A stretch of 64,000 nt of DNA from Geobacter sp. (GTDB lineage Bacteria > Desulfobacterota > Desulfuromonadia > Geobacterales > Geobacteraceae), in the NCBI GenBank assembly GCA_016177775.1, contig JACOUQ010000017.1:1-64000 (forward strand). The letters run 5' to 3'. A program made the position numbers and the translations under genes. Shown here piece by piece: positions 15,794-24,940 of this stretch. Under the pieces are notes generated by a model. It was given only the letters and a program-made list of their open reading frames with translations, made no database searches and was not told where the DNA came from. The first letter of the stretch is position 1; each line of letters starts with the position of its first letter.

Positions 15794-17026
15794 GTGGCCA
15801 GAATCGTTCTGCGACATTTTTCAAGCTTCCTCATCCCGGCCCTGCTCCTTGTCGGCGCTGCCCTTGTGCTCCCCAATGTTGCCACCCTCCCGCCAGCCAA
15901 TCATGAACTGGTGCTGTATGCCCCCTATGCCCTGGCCGGCATCGGCATGCTCCTCAGCCTTCACTTCCACCGGGGAAAGATATTCTCCGTCCTTCTTCTG
16001 CTGGCCTGCTACTACTGGTTCACGCGCCTGGCCTCGACCCATACTCTCGACCCCCTCACCGAACGGCTCGTCTTCGGGGCCTTTGCCCTGCTCCTCCCCT
16101 TTAACATCACGCTGTTCGGCTTCATGCGGGAAAAGGGGGTCGCGACCCTAGCCGGGCGCCTGCGTCTCGGGTTCCTGGGGGCGGAGGGAGGCGCGGTGCT
16201 GTGGGTCATCCGCTACCGCTACATCGAGGCCCAGCACTTCCTGACCCAGCCGGTCACCATGGGACCCCTGGCCCAGTTCCTGCGAATCCCTCGGACAGCG
16301 TTGGCCATGTTCGCAATTGGCCTCCTGCTGCTTTCCTTTCGCCTGCTCCGCAAGCAATCCCCCCTGGAAGGGGGACTCCTCGGAACGCTTCTCGCCCTCT
16401 TCGTCGCCTGCAACTGGCCTGATGCGCCGGATGTCCAGGCGGTTTTCATCTCGACGGCAGCCATCATCCTTGGCTTCTGCATCATTCAGGCATCCCACGA
16501 CATGGCCTTTCGCGACGAGATGACCGGCCTCCCCGCACGTCGCGCCCTGAACGAGCTCCTGGCAGGCCTCACCAGGCGCTATGCCATCGCCATGGTGGAC
16601 GTGGACCACTTCAAGCGCTTCAATGATACCTACGGGCACGATGTGGGTGACCAGGTGCTGAAGATGGTGGCGACAAAGATTCAGAGGGTTTCGGGAGGAG
16701 GAAAGTCTTTCCGCTACGGCGGCGAGGAGTTCACCGTTGTCTTCCCGCGCAAGGGAGCGAACGAGGCCCTTGCTCACCTGGAGGAGCTGCGAAAATCAAT
16801 CGAGGGATATCAGCTCTGGATTCGGGGAGATGACCGGCCGAAAAAGGGCGAAGAAGGTGAGAAAAAGCGAGGAAACGGCACCGGAGATCGGAGCGTTTCA
16901 GTTACTGTAAGCATCGGCGTCGCCGAGCACAACGACTACCTGCGCACTCCGACCGAAGTTATCAAGGCCGCCGACCAGGCGCTGTATAAGGCAAAGGGAA
17001 GGGGGAGGAATCAGGTGTGCAAATAA
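15794..17026 (+). CDS. membrane-anchored diguanylate cyclase (polytopic N-domain plus GGDEF with intact GGEEF active site)
   Basis: AAGGAG RBS and GTG start. About 6-7 TM helices. GGDEF-domain motifs DVDHFKRFNDTYGHDVGDQVL and RYGGEEF. Unusual ~30-aa charged insertion (IRGDDRPKKGEEGEKKRGNGTGDRS) inside the GGDEF domain. Confidence 0.8.
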   Translation: MARIVLRHFSSFLIPALLLVGAALVLPNVATLPPANHELVLYAPYALAGIGMLLSLHFHRGKIFSVLLLLACYYWFTRLASTHTLDPLTERLVFGAFALLLPFNITLFGFMREKGVATLAGRLRLGFLGAEGGAVLWVIRYRYIEAQHFLTQPVTMGPLAQFLRIPRTALAMFAIGLLLLSFRLLRKQSPLEGGLLGTLLALFVACNWPDAPDVQAVFISTAAIILGFCIIQASHDMAFRDEMTGLPARRALNELLAGLTRRYAIAMVDVDHFKRFNDTYGHDVGDQVLKMVATKIQRVSGGGKSFRYGGEEFTVVFPRKGANEALAHLEELRKSIEGYQLWIRGDDRPKKGEEGEKKRGNGTGDRSVSVTVSIGVAEHNDYLRTPTEVIKAADQALYKAKGRGRNQVCK

Positions 17027-17036
17027 AGCGGGAAAC

Positions 17037-17130
17037 AGGTCGTAGGTCGTAGGTCGTAGGTCGTAGGTTGTAGGTCGTAGGTTGTAGGTCGTAGGTCGTA
17101 GGTTTTGCTACGACCTACGACCTACGACCT
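17037..17130. repeat. tandem heptamer repeat hairpin: about 10 copies of GTAGGTC followed by 3 inverted copies (CTACGAC) between convergent genes
   Basis: cgtaGGTCGTAGGTCGTAGGTCGTAGGTTGTAGGTCGTAGGTTGTAGGTCGTAGGTCGTAGGTTttgCTACGACCTACGACCTACGACC. Sits between the GGDEF stop (17026) and the S1-protein stop (17136). Likely a bidirectional terminator. Confidence 0.7.
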
Positions 17131-17135
17131 GCGTC

Positions 17136-18344
17136 TCACTTTTTCTTCTTATCCATCTTCGCCTTGAGCAAATCTCCCAGCGAGCCGAGGGATTTGCCAG
17201 AGCTTTCCGCGCTTGTGGCGCGAAAGACGTCCATGGTTGCCGCTTCCTCCTCGGCGGCGCGGGCCGGGCCAGCAAGGCAAAGGGAGATGCGACGGTTCTC
17301 GCGGTCCACACCCTCCACCTTCACCTCGATGGTTTCCCCTTCCTTCAGCACCTCACGGGGATGATTGATCCTTTTCCCCTGCCCCAGTCTGGAGATGTGA
17401 ATCAGGCCGTCGATCCCCTCCGCCAGAGTGACGAAAGCGCCGAACTGCGCCAGTTGGGAAACCGTCCCGGTGTGGTACGAACCCTCGGGCAAGCGCTCCG
17501 CCATGGTCTCCCACGGGTCGGCCAGGGTGTCGCGAAGCGAAAGGGATATCTTGTTATTCTCCCAATCGAGCCGCTTGATCGCTACCCGCACCTTCTGCCC
17601 CACGGATAGAACCTCGCTGGCGCTTTTCACCCGGCCCCAGGCCATCTCGGACATCGGCACCAGCCCCTCGATCCCGCCAATGTCCACGAAGGCGCCGAAG
17701 TCGCGCAGGGACGAGACCGTTCCTTCCACCACCATCCCCTCCTGGAGCTTTTCCCTCAGGGCCGCTTTCTCCCGCTGCTGCTCCTCCTCCAGCAGGGCAC
17801 GGCGGGAAAGGACGATGTTCCGGCCATTCTCGGCATAGTCCGTGACCCGGAAGGAGAGGTGCTTCCCTACGTATCCGGCCGGATCGTCCACGCGGCGCAG
17901 CCCCATCTGCGAAAAGGGGCAGAAAGCCCGACTGGAGCCGATCTTCACCTCAAAGCCCCCCTTGATCTCCTTCTCCACGAATCCTTCCACTGGGATGCCG
18001 CTTCGCCAGGCGTCCTCCAGCTGGCTGCTACCAGCCGGTCCGCCCCCGAGTTTGGTGGTGAAGCGAAGCTCCCCGCCGCTGGCCCCCACGAACCAGACGC
18101 TGATTGAATCCCCCTCTTTGACGGTGATGTTCCCCTCGTCGTCGAGGAGTTCCTTCCTGTCGAGAACGCCTTCCCCCTTGCGGCCGGTATCCAGAAATAT
18201 CCAGTCGCCGGAGATCTTCAGCACCCTGGCAGTCACCTTCTGCCCCGGCGCCAGCTTTTCCAGGGTCTTGTAGCTCTTTTCGAAGAGCTCCGCAAAGCTC
18301 TCCTCTTCGGTTGTTTCGTCAAAATCTTTTTCGATGGTATCCAT
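17136..18344 (-). CDS. S1 RNA-binding domain protein (four S1 repeats; ribosomal protein S1 paralogue-like)
   Basis: Repeated S1/OB signatures (GxV...GAFVxL..GIxGLxHISxL...) four times. Lys-rich C-terminal tail. Confidence 0.7.
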   Translation of the reverse strand: MDTIEKDFDETTEEESFAELFEKSYKTLEKLAPGQKVTARVLKISGDWIFLDTGRKGEGVLDRKELLDDEGNITVKEGDSISVWFVGASGGELRFTTKLGGGPAGSSQLEDAWRSGIPVEGFVEKEIKGGFEVKIGSSRAFCPFSQMGLRRVDDPAGYVGKHLSFRVTDYAENGRNIVLSRRALLEEEQQREKAALREKLQEGMVVEGTVSSLRDFGAFVDIGGIEGLVPMSEMAWGRVKSASEVLSVGQKVRVAIKRLDWENNKISLSLRDTLADPWETMAERLPEGSYHTGTVSQLAQFGAFVTLAEGIDGLIHISRLGQGKRINHPREVLKEGETIEVKVEGVDRENRRISLCLAGPARAAEEEAATMDVFRATSAESSGKSLGSLGDLLKAKMDKKKK

Positions 18345-18385
18345 TTGTTCAGTCCTTTACGTTATTGGAATAGGGGAATCTTTTG

Positions 18386-18444
18386 GTAGGGGCAGACCTG
18401 TGTGTCTGCCCAACTCAAGGGCGAACACACAGGTTCGCCCCTAC
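18386..18444. promoter_or_regulatory. compound palindrome (two related hairpins in inverted arrangement) in the 5' leader of the S1-domain gene
   Basis: GTAGGGGCAGACCTGTGTGTCTGCCCaactcaaGGGCGAACACACAGGTTCGCCCCTAC. Overlaps the last codons of the upstream DUF815 gene. Candidate autoregulatory S1-binding structure or terminator. Confidence 0.4.
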
Positions 18445-19329
18445 TTGTGACTGTCCCGCCAGAAGCCTCCCCCCGACCCACTGGGCCGCGAACTGGTAGG
18501 CGATGCGGCCGCTCCGGTCACCCTTGGCATGGGACCAGGCAATTGCCTCGTCCTGGGCCTCCTTGTTCCATTCCAGCTTCACCCCCTGCTTGACGCAAAG
18601 CTTCTCCACCCACTGCCTGACCACCTCCAGGTACTGGTCCTGTGAAAATGGGTGAAACGCCACCCAGAGGCCGAAGCGGCCGGAAAGGGAGATCTTCTCC
18701 TCCACCCCTTCGCCGTGGTGGATCTCGTTGTTCACCAGCATTGCCCCCCGGTTGTCGGTTTCGTACTCGGGTAGGAGATGGCGACGGTTGGAGGTGATGT
18801 AGATCAGGACATTGTCCGGCGGGGCATAGACCGAGCCGTCCAGGGCGCTCTTCAGCATCTTGTAGGCCGACTCCCCCGGCTCGAAGGAGACATCGTCGGA
18901 GAAGATGACGTATTTGTATGGCTCATCCTTGATCTGGTCGACGATGTCCGGGAGATAGACCAGGTCTCCCTTGTCCACCTGCACCACCCTTAAGCCCTTG
19001 GGGGCATAGGCGTGCAGCAGCGCCCGCACCAGCGACGACTTGCCGGTGCCGCGCGTCCCCCAGAGGAGGATGTTGTTGGCCGGATATCCGGACAGAAACT
19101 GCCGGGTGTTCTCCTCCACGCTCTTTTTCTGCTTGTCGATGCCGAGCAGGTCGTCCAGGTGGATGTCCGCGGCAGCCCTGAGCGGTTCCAGGCAGCCGGC
19201 GAACGACCGCCGCCGCCAGTTGGCCGCATGGCTCACTGCCCAGTCAATCTTCTTGATCGCCGGGGGGAGAAGATGCTCCAGCGAAGTCAGCACCCGGCGG
19301 AGCTGGTCGGTCAGTTCCGTGTCAAGCAT
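18415..19329 (-). CDS. DUF815-family AAA+-like ATPase
   Basis: Walker A LLWGTRGTGKSSLVRAL and Walker B-like VIFSDDVSFE. Overall pattern matches the DUF815 family. Confidence 0.6.
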   Translation of the reverse strand: MLDTELTDQLRRVLTSLEHLLPPAIKKIDWAVSHAANWRRRSFAGCLEPLRAAADIHLDDLLGIDKQKKSVEENTRQFLSGYPANNILLWGTRGTGKSSLVRALLHAYAPKGLRVVQVDKGDLVYLPDIVDQIKDEPYKYVIFSDDVSFEPGESAYKMLKSALDGSVYAPPDNVLIYITSNRRHLLPEYETDNRGAMLVNNEIHHGEGVEEKISLSGRFGLWVAFHPFSQDQYLEVVRQWVEKLCVKQGVKLEWNKEAQDEAIAWSHAKGDRSGRIAYQFAAQWVGGRLLAGQSQVGANLCVRP

Positions 19330-19433
19330 GATGCCTCCAACTTCCTGTCTATCCGCAGATTTCGATGTCGTTATTGTAGGGGGGAATGTTCACAACGATC
19401 GCGAATTGAGCCTAAAGCATCCCCAGGGCAATG

Positions 19434-21110
19434 TCAAGACACCTGCGTGAACGCCTTGCGGTACTCGGCAACAAGCCTTTCCTTCGGCACGCTCTCGATG
19501 AAGTCCCACGGCAATCGCTCGTTCAGCGGGATTGACCGGTGTGCCCAGATATCGGTATCCATGTCGAGCTCCCTGGCGGCCCGCTTCCAGTTCCCCAGCT
19601 CGGCTGCCCGTACCAGGACAGGAGCCAGCCGCCGGTCGCCCCGCGAGAGCACGGCCTGAAGATAGGCATCCTTCGGGCTCTCCATGGACAGGCGGACGTT
19701 GGAGAGGCGCCCAAAAGCCTGCTGGAGCCGTTTCCCCTTCTTATCCAGAGATTTCACATCCTCCATGCCGCACCATTGGAACGGGGTGAATGGCTTTGGC
19801 ACAAAGGGATTCACCGACAGCACCACCTCGCCGAGCCTTCCCCTGGCCCGCGCAGCCTCAATGACCCTGCCGCGAATCCTCTCCACCAGGGCGATCAGTT
19901 CGTCAATATCCGCGTCTGTCTCGGTGGGGAGGCCGATGATGAAGTAGAGCTTGAGATTGAGGATGTCGTGGCCTATGAGCCGGTCGCAGGCCGCGAGGAT
20001 CTGCTCCTCGTCGATGTTCTTGTTTATCAGGTCGCGCAGCCGCTGCGAACCACCTTCCGGGGCCAAGGCCACGGTCTTGTGACCGCTTTTCTTGAGCGCA
20101 TCGATCATGGCATCATCCAGGCGGTCGATCCGGAGCGACGATACCGACACCTTCCCCCCCTGCTCCATGATGTGGGCGCAGAGCTTCCCCAGCTCCCGGT
20201 GGTCCGATACGGCAGCCCCCACCAGCCCGATCTTCTCCCGCTCGCCGAGGCCGGCTGTTATCTGCTCTCTCAACACATCTAAAGAGCGTTGCCTGAAAGG
20301 GAGATAGATGAACCCGGCGGCACAGAAGCGGCAGCCGCGCGGGCAGCCGCGGGATACCTCCACCAGGTGCATGTCTCCGAACTCGGTCTCCGGTGTGAGC
20401 ACAACCGATACGGTCGCGTGACGGTCCGGCGCCTCTTCCCAGACACGGCGGACCGTGGGCGACGCATCGTTCATCGGACGGAAATCGGCAACCCGCGGGG
20501 CATCATATTCCACCTCGTATAGCGAAGGGACATATATCCCCGGAATCCGCGCGGCTTTTCGCAGCAGTTCACTCCTCACCCCTCCACCCTCGCTCCTCAC
20601 CAGATTCAGGAGCTCCGGCAAAACCGGCTCCCCTTCCCCCACGCAGACCAGGTCAAGCAAATCGGCCACCGGCTCGGGGTTCAGAAAGAGTGCGGCCCCG
20701 CCCCCCATCACCAAGGGGTGGAAGGTGTCGCGTTGCGTGGAGAATGCCGGGATGCCGGCCAAGGTGAATATGGCGGGGATGTTCAGGTAGTCGTTCTCGA
20801 AGGAGACTGAAAAGGCGATGACGTCGAACTCGGAAAGGGGGTGCTGGGATTCGAGGGAAAGGAGCTTCGAGCCACTCTTTTCATACTCCCGCAGCTCCTC
20901 CGGGTCGGGGAGAAAGGCCCGCTCGCAGAGCACATCCGGCTCGTCGTTCAGGAGCGAGTAGACCGTCTGGAAACCGAGATTGCTCATGGCGGTGCGGTAG
21001 CGGTTGGGGTAGACGAGACAGACCGTCAGTTTCCCACCCCACCCCTTCACCACCGCGCCCCGCTCGGCAGCAAGGATTTTTCGATGTTTTTCTATTATTT
21101 TCCAGGACAT
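19434..21110 (-). CDS. B12-binding-domain radical SAM protein (TIGR03960-like)
   Basis: N-terminal cobalamin-binding-like domain. CxxxCxxC radical-SAM motif (CPRGCRFCAAG). Confidence 0.7.
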   Translation of the reverse strand: MSWKIIEKHRKILAAERGAVVKGWGGKLTVCLVYPNRYRTAMSNLGFQTVYSLLNDEPDVLCERAFLPDPEELREYEKSGSKLLSLESQHPLSEFDVIAFSVSFENDYLNIPAIFTLAGIPAFSTQRDTFHPLVMGGGAALFLNPEPVADLLDLVCVGEGEPVLPELLNLVRSEGGGVRSELLRKAARIPGIYVPSLYEVEYDAPRVADFRPMNDASPTVRRVWEEAPDRHATVSVVLTPETEFGDMHLVEVSRGCPRGCRFCAAGFIYLPFRQRSLDVLREQITAGLGEREKIGLVGAAVSDHRELGKLCAHIMEQGGKVSVSSLRIDRLDDAMIDALKKSGHKTVALAPEGGSQRLRDLINKNIDEEQILAACDRLIGHDILNLKLYFIIGLPTETDADIDELIALVERIRGRVIEAARARGRLGEVVLSVNPFVPKPFTPFQWCGMEDVKSLDKKGKRLQQAFGRLSNVRLSMESPKDAYLQAVLSRGDRRLAPVLVRAAELGNWKRAARELDMDTDIWAHRSIPLNERLPWDFIESVPKERLVAEYRKAFTQVS

Positions 21111-21142
21111 GAATTCTTTAAACGCAAAAGCTATCTCTCGCA

Positions 21143-21208
21143 GAGCCCGCAGAGGGCGCAGAGAAGACCTAAAACCTTATGTAGTTCTCTGCGTTCTCTG
21201 CGGGCTCT
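21143..21208. repeat. long inverted repeat (24-bp arms, 2 mismatches) built from CGCAGAG direct repeats in the leader of the radical SAM gene
   Basis: AGAGCCCGCAGAGGGCGCAGAGAA ... TTCTCTGCGTTCTCTGCGGGCTCT. The left arm carries three 9-bp-phased CGCAGAG copies. Confidence 0.5.
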
Positions 21209-21307
21209 AGCGAACAAAGTGAGCGGGCGAGAGACACGACTTTCGAGCTTTTATAATTAGAACCACTATTTATTAGCGTAACACGCGCAGCCACCCGATG
21301 GAAAGGC

Positions 21308-21348
21308 AAAAAAATACCCCGGCCGCAGGGGGAGGAGCTGACCGGGGG
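21308..21348 (-). terminator. putative rho-independent terminator of the dcw cluster downstream of ftsZ
   Basis: On the minus strand, a GC-rich hairpin (CCCCGG...CCGGGG) is followed by UAUUUUUUUG. Confidence 0.4.
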
Positions 21349-21493
21349 AATGCAAGCAATGGCGGTGGAAAGGGGAAGACCGCCGCCGTATGTGATAATG
21401 ACTGGTTTTCAGGGGGCAAAAGTCCCCAAGGGGCCGGAAACGCCTTCACGGCCCTCGATTGTCGGAATAAATCCCCTGTACCGTATCCTTCCG

Positions 21494-22651
21494 CTAGTCC
21501 ACGGACTTGCGCAGGAAGGTCGGGATGTCGTACTGCTCCTCGTCTTCCATGGCGAAGATGTTGCGCTGCCGGGTCATAGCCTCGCGCTGCTGCTTCTCGC
21601 GGATGAAGGTCGGGATCTCGCGATTGATCTCCGCCGCCCTGGGAAGAGCTGCAAGGACCTTGGCCTCCTCCCTTACCTTCTCCATGCCGAAGCGATCGCC
21701 GAAACCGGTGGCGATGACTGTGACCTTGAGGTTCTCCCCCATGGTTTCGTCGATTACCAGGCCGACAATGATATTGGCATCCTCGTGCACCTTCTCGTGG
21801 GCCACGCGGTTGACCGCGTCGAACTCGTCCATGGTCATGCTGGAGGAGCCGGTGATGTTGACCAGGACTCCCTTGGCGCCGGAGATGTCGATGTCCTCCA
21901 GGAGCGGGCTGGAGATGGCACGGGTGGCGGCCTCGACAGCACGGTTCTCGCCGGCCGACACGCCGATACCCATCATGGCCATGCCACGCTCACCCATGAT
22001 CGCCTTCACATCGGCGAAGTCGACGTTGATAAGGCCGGAGGTGGTGATGAGATCGGAGATCCCCTGAACCGCCTGGCGGAGCACGTCGTCGGAGGGCTTG
22101 AAGGCGTCCAGGATCGACATCGACTTCCCTGCCAGACCGATGAGCCGGTCATTGGGGATGACGATCAGGGAATCCACGTGCTGCTTCAGCTCCTTGATGC
22201 CGGCGTCCGCCTTCAGCAGACGCTGCTTCCCTTCGCGGGAGAACGGCTTGGTGACCACACCCACGGTCAGAACCCCGGCCTCGCGGGCCACCTCGGCGAT
22301 GATCGGCGCGGCGCCGGTGCCGGTACCGCCACCCATGCCGGCGGCGATGAACACCATGTCCGCACCTTCGATCATTCTGGCCAACTCCTCCCGGTCCTCT
22401 GCCGCTGCATCACGGCCAACTTCCGGGTTGGCGCCCGCACCCAGGCCGCGGGTGAGCTGCCTGCCGATCTGCATCTTGACCGGCGCCTTGGCGTTGCGCA
22501 GCGCCTGGACATCGGTGTTGGCCACGATGAAGTCGACCCCGTGGACATTGTTGGCGATCATGGTATTGACCGCGTTCCCCCCGCCGCCTCCTACCCCGAT
22601 GACCTTGATCCTCGCATTCACTTCCATGTTCTCGTCGATTTCGAACAACAT
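21494..22651 (-). CDS. ftsZ: cell division GTPase FtsZ
   Basis: GGGGGNAVN tubulin signature ([16 protein letters not shown]). RBS AAGGGGG before MLFEIDE. The listed longer N-terminus is unsupported. Confidence 0.95.
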   Translation of the reverse strand: MLFEIDENMEVNARIKVIGVGGGGGNAVNTMIANNVHGVDFIVANTDVQALRNAKAPVKMQIGRQLTRGLGAGANPEVGRDAAAEDREELARMIEGADMVFIAAGMGGGTGTGAAPIIAEVAREAGVLTVGVVTKPFSREGKQRLLKADAGIKELKQHVDSLIVIPNDRLIGLAGKSMSILDAFKPSDDVLRQAVQGISDLITTSGLINVDFADVKAIMGERGMAMMGIGVSAGENRAVEAATRAISSPLLEDIDISGAKGVLVNITGSSSMTMDEFDAVNRVAHEKVHEDANIIVGLVIDETMGENLKVTVIATGFGDRFGMEKVREEAKVLAALPRAAEINREIPTFIREKQQREAMTRQRNIFAMEDEEQYDIPTFLRKSVD

Positions 22652-22765
22652 TTTCTGCCCCCTTTCCGTGTTATCCACTTCATGTAGTATGGATCTACCA
22701 GTTTCGCATTCTCTGATCACAATTCATTGTAAGGTCCAACCAGTCACCATTCACTATTCACCGCA

Positions 22766-23998
22766 TTAGAAGAACTCCCCGAACCACTCCTTCATCCGGC
22801 GGGTGACCCTCCTGAACATGCTGTCGTCTGTCTGGGCCGTCGGGAATTCGCGGATGCCCACGTTCTTGCTGCCGTAGACCACCAGCCCCACGCCGGTGGC
22901 ATAGGCGGGAGAGTTGACCACGTCGGTGAGCCCGCCAATGTTGTGCGGCAAGCCCCGCCGCACCGGGAGGTTGAAGACCTGCTCCGCTAATTCCGGCATC
23001 CCCTCCAGGATGGTGGTGCCGCCGGTTATGACCACGCCGGAGGCGATCAGGTCCTCGAAGCCGCTCTTGACGATCTCCCGGTTGACCAGGGTGAATATCT
23101 CCTCCACACGGGGTTCCAGTATCTCTGCCAATAGCTGCCGCGAAAGGACGCGCGGCTTTCTGCCGCCAACGCTCGGCACCTCTATGGTCTCGTCCTTCCC
23201 GACCAGCGCGGTCATGCAGCAGCCGTACTTCTGCTTTATCTTCTCCGCCTCTGCCATGGGGGTGCGAAGCCCAACTGCGATGTCGTTGGTCAGGTGGTTC
23301 CCGCCGAGCGACAGCACCGCGGTGTGTTTGATGGCGCCGTCCACGAAGATGGCGATGTCGGTGGTGCCGCCGCCGATATCCACCAGCGCCACACCCAGCT
23401 CCTTCTCGTCGGAAGAGAGGACCGCCTCGGAGGAGGCGAGCTGCTCCAGGACGATATCCGCCACGTCAAGCCCGCCGCGATTGCATGACTTGATGATGTT
23501 CTGCGCGCTTGCCACGGCGCCGGTGACGATGTGGACCTTGGCCTCCAGCCTCACACCGCTCATCCCGAGCGGCTCGCGGATCCCGTCCTGGTCGTCGATG
23601 ATGAATTCCTGGGGGAGGATGTGGATTACTTCCCGGTCCATGGGAATGGCGATCGCCTTCGCCGCGTCGATGACCCGCTTCACGTCATCGGACGACACCT
23701 CGCGGTTCTTGATGGCGATTATGCCTTGGGAGTTGAACCCCTTGATGTGCCCGCCGGCGATCCCTGCATAGACAGACTTGATCTCGCAGCCTGCCATCAG
23801 CTCCGCTTCCTCGATTGCCTTGCGGATCGACTGGACCGTACTGTCGATATTGATCACCACCCCTTTGCGCAAGCCGCGCGACGGGCTGGTGCCGATGCCG
23901 ACGATGTCGATCCCTTCGTCATTCACGCTCCCGACAATGGCACAGATCTTGGTCGTGCCGATGTCGAGACCTACTATCAGATTATCCCTTCGTGACAT
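22766..23998 (-). CDS. ftsA: cell division protein FtsA (actin-like ATPase)
   Basis: LIVGLDIGTTKICAIVG... matches the FtsA N-terminus. Lies in the ftsQAZ context. Confidence 0.95.
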   Translation of the reverse strand: MSRRDNLIVGLDIGTTKICAIVGSVNDEGIDIVGIGTSPSRGLRKGVVINIDSTVQSIRKAIEEAELMAGCEIKSVYAGIAGGHIKGFNSQGIIAIKNREVSSDDVKRVIDAAKAIAIPMDREVIHILPQEFIIDDQDGIREPLGMSGVRLEAKVHIVTGAVASAQNIIKSCNRGGLDVADIVLEQLASSEAVLSSDEKELGVALVDIGGGTTDIAIFVDGAIKHTAVLSLGGNHLTNDIAVGLRTPMAEAEKIKQKYGCCMTALVGKDETIEVPSVGGRKPRVLSRQLLAEILEPRVEEIFTLVNREIVKSGFEDLIASGVVITGGTTILEGMPELAEQVFNLPVRRGLPHNIGGLTDVVNSPAYATGVGLVVYGSKNVGIREFPTAQTDDSMFRRVTRRMKEWFGEFF

Positions 23999-24067
23999 AA
24001 CTATCCCCTCCCCCCGCTACAAATTACTATCTTTCGCCACGTGTCGCAAGCAGTACGTCACAGCAAA

Positions 24068-24898
24068 TCACACTTTTTTGACGATTATCTTGTCAGTATA
24101 ATTCAGATCAATGTAATCCAGGGTGGCCATCTGTCCCTGCAATTCGCCGAAAATCCTACCCAGCCTCGCCAGCTTGGCCGGGAAGTTGTCGATGCCGACC
24201 TTGATCGGCACCCCTCCGTTGGCCGTAAAGAGAGTGACTCCGTAACCCTTGTCAAGATGGATCTCGGAAATGTCATCCAGCCGCAGATCGGTTCCTTTAC
24301 GCAGCAGCGCTATCATCTCCACCGCGGACCTGAGGGCTGCCTTGGACCCGGCAGGGTCGGTCCCCAGCTCCTCCTCGCTCATCCCGGTCACCACGGGATA
24401 ATCCAGGCTGTCCCCCTGGGTTAGCGGCTTGAACACCTCGCCGTTCAGGTCCAGGTAGTAGAGGTAGTTCATGTTAACAACCGCCACCGGTTCCCGCTCC
24501 GCCAGCTCGATCGACAGGGTGTGCGGGAAATAGCGCCGCACCTTGACCTGTTCCAGCCAGGGGTTTTTCCGGAGCTGATCGCCGATGGCGCGCAGGTTGA
24601 GGGAGAGCATGCCGACCCCTTCCTTCACCCCCGCCTGCTCCATCACCTCTTCGCGGGTCAGGCGCCGGGCATTGAGCACCTCGACTTTTTCCACCCGAAG
24701 GAGCGTCACGTCAAATCTCAGGGTGGAAAAGCAGCGATAGCCGTAATAGCTTCCAGCACCCAAAGTCGCAACCGCGGCAATGCAGCCGACGACCCTGGCG
24801 ATCCTGCGGAAAAAGGCCCGGAAATTTATTGGCTTCCGCTCCCGCTTCCGGCGGTTCCCCTTCGTGGGCTTCAGTTTTTTGGGATGGAGATCGCGCAT
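24068..24898 (-). CDS. ftsQ: cell division protein FtsQ/DivIB (POTRA domain)
   Basis: Basic N-terminus, single TM helix, POTRA-like region. Position between ddl and ftsA. Confidence 0.8.
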   Translation of the reverse strand: MRDLHPKKLKPTKGNRRKRERKPINFRAFFRRIARVVGCIAAVATLGAGSYYGYRCFSTLRFDVTLLRVEKVEVLNARRLTREEVMEQAGVKEGVGMLSLNLRAIGDQLRKNPWLEQVKVRRYFPHTLSIELAEREPVAVVNMNYLYYLDLNGEVFKPLTQGDSLDYPVVTGMSEEELGTDPAGSKAALRSAVEMIALLRKGTDLRLDDISEIHLDKGYGVTLFTANGGVPIKVGIDNFPAKLARLGRIFGELQGQMATLDYIDLNYTDKIIVKKV

Positions 24899-24940
24899 GT
24901 CATTCCATAGTCAAGCTGTCTTTTCCAAATGCGAATCAGC

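Noticed and set aside
17037-17130. Possible CRISPR array or minisatellite at the heptamer tracts (also 28335-28400 and 57723-57767).
   Set aside because: Repeat units are 7-9 nt with no spacers, and no cas genes are nearby. They form perfect hairpins with inverted copies, so they are classed as structured intergenic repeats, not CRISPR.
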